DNA of 64,000 nt. It comes from Eledone cirrhosa. Lineage: Eukaryota. Positions within the stretch are counted from its first letter, which is position 1; every line of letters starts with the position of its first letter. The notes under the pieces were generated by a model. That model worked only from the letters and a program-made list of their open reading frames with translations, had not been told where the DNA came from and searched no databases. The translations under genes and the position numbers were made by a program. Shown in pieces: positions 62,800 to 64,000 of this stretch. The stretch spans positions 210,552,001-210,616,000 of the forward strand of contig OZ024741.1 in the NCBI GenBank assembly GCA_964016885.1, given 5' to 3'.

Positions 62800-64000
62800 G
62801 CCACAGTCCACTGTCTCAGCCACAGTCCACCTATCTCAACCACAGTCCACTGTCTCAGCCTCAGTCCACTGTCTCAGCCTCAGTTCACCTATCTCAACCA
62901 CAGTCCACTGTCTCAGCCTCAGTCCACTGTCTCAGCCACAGTCCACTGTCTCAGCCTCAGTCCACTGTCTCAGCCACAGTCCACCTATCTCAGCCACAGT
63001 CCACTGTCTCAGCCACAGTCCACCTATCTCAGCCACAGTCCACTGTCTCAGCCTCAATCCACCTATCTCAGCCACAGTACACTGTCTCAGCCTCAGTCCA
63101 CTGTCTCAGCCACAGTCCGCCTATCTCACCCTCAGTCCACTGTCTCAGCCACAGTCCACCTATCTCAGCCTCAGTCCACCGTCTCAGCCACAGTCCACTG
63201 TCTCAGCCACAGTCCATTGTCTCAGCCACAGTCCACTGTCTCAGCCTCAGTTCACCTATCTCAACCACAGTCCACTGTCTCAGCCTCAGTTCACCTATCT
63301 CAACCACAGTCCACTGTCTCAGCCTCAGTCCAATTTCTCAGCCACAGTCCACTGTCTCAGCCTCAGTCCACTGTCTCAGCCACAGTCCACCTATCTCAGC
63401 CACAGTCCACTGTCTCAGCCACAGTCCACCTATCTCAGCCACAGTCCACTGTCTCAGCCTCAGTCCACCTATCTCAGCCACAGTCCACTGTCTCAGCCTC
63501 AGTCCACTGTCTCAGCCACAGTCCGCCTATCTCAGCCACAGTCCACCTATCTCACCCTCAGTCCACTGTCTCAGCCACAGTCCACCTATCTCAGCCTCAG
63601 TCCACTGTCTCAGCCTCAGTCCACTGTCTCAGCCTCAGTCCACCTATCTCAGCCTCAGTCCACTGTCTCAGCCTCAGTCCACTGTCTCAGCCTCAGTCCA
63701 CCTATCTCAGCCACAGTCCACTGTCTCACCCTCAGTCCACCGTCTCAGCCACAGTCCACTGTCTCAGCCACATTCCACTGTCTCAGCCACAGTCCACTGT
63801 CTCAGCCACAGTCCACTGTCTCAGCCTCAGTTCACCTATCTCAACCACAGTCCACTGTCTCAGCCTCAGTTCACCTATCTCAACCACAGTCCACTGTCTC
63901 AGCCTCAGTCCACTGTCTCAGCCTCAGTTCACCTATCTCAACCACAGTCCACTGTCTCAGCCTCAGTCCACTGTCTCAGCCTCAGTCCACTGTCTCAGCC
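62800..64000. repeat. Copy of the ~47560-48750 block at offset 15247 bp, running off the window end
   Basis: GCCTCAATCC 47804/63051, CCAATTTC 48083/63330, CCACATTCC 48521/63768, all +15247. Confidence 0.9.

Larger units (their letters stand above)
1..64000. repeat. Tandem satellite/minisatellite array of interleaved 19-bp (TCTCAGCCACAGTCCACTG) and 20-bp (TCTCAGCCACAGTCCACCTA) monomers, head-to-tail in one orientation, filling the window from first to last base
   Basis: Every line parses into these two monomers or 1-3-nt variants of them; no spacer, insertion or inverted segment seen. A+B = 39 bp, matching the 13-aa period (TVAEIGGLWLRQW) of the minus-strand ORFs. Confidence 0.99.

Noticed and set aside
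100-63090. Isolated variants (e.g. GTACAC near 113 and 63077, TGTATC near 4965, GTCTAC near 44173 and 62415, CAACTA near 60050) as functional sites
   Set aside because: Single substitutions with no consistent context; indistinguishable from recent mutations or consensus errors without reads.
1-64000. CRISPR array or other repeat-spacer system
   Set aside because: Monomers abut directly with no unique spacers, leader or cas genes; variation is limited to a few substitutions and is copied in long blocks.
1-64000. CACAGTC / CACTGTC as V(D)J recombination signal heptamers (consensus CACAGTG)
   Set aside because: Only a 6/7 match, with no ACAAAAACC-like nonamer at 12 or 23 bp and no Ig/TCR segments.
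1-64000. Telomerase-synthesised telomeric tract with a long variable unit
   Set aside because: No TTAGGG-type motif, and exact multi-kb copying of rare point variants indicates DNA-templated duplication rather than de novo addition from an RNA template. A subtelomeric location is not excluded.
1-64000. Purely synthetic or sequencing-artefact repeat (e.g. rolling-circle concatemer)
   Set aside because: Nested duplications of many different periods with shared and private variants fit an evolved array rather than a single-period concatemer, although the copy number of individual blocks could still be mis-assembled.
1-64000. Transposon, tRNA/rRNA, promoter or terminator elements
   Set aside because: No non-repeat sequence, terminal repeats, poly-A/poly-T tracts or extended hairpins anywhere in the window.

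Overview
The whole 64-kb window is one uninterrupted, single-orientation tandem satellite/minisatellite array of roughly 3,300 monomers (64,000 / ~19.4 bp), with no unique sequence and both ends outside the window. It is built from two interleaved monomers with a shared core: type A TCTCAGCCACAGTCCACTG (19 bp) and type B TCTCAGCCACAGTCCACCTA (20 bp), plus a few common substitution variants (CCAC>CCTC, GCC>ACC, GCC>GTC, GTCC>GTTC). I find no credible protein-coding gene, RNA gene, transposon or CRISPR array. The giant + strand ORFs (up to 12,721 aa) and the short minus-strand ORFs follow arithmetically from the repeat consensus. The real structure is the non-random order of monomer variants. 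Rare point variants act as barcodes for nested higher-order duplications (offsets 173, 332, 601, 795, 1164, 1339, 1684, 2446, 2695, 2764, 4138/4177, 5340-5941, 8055, 9470/10809 and 15247 bp), for mosaic copies, and for a change of variant lineage near 48 kb. The source is probably eukaryotic heterochromatic or subtelomeric DNA (inference); I cannot assign the organism or a named satellite family. Marker positions and offsets were read by eye and cross-checked against the ORF track; block boundaries are approximate.
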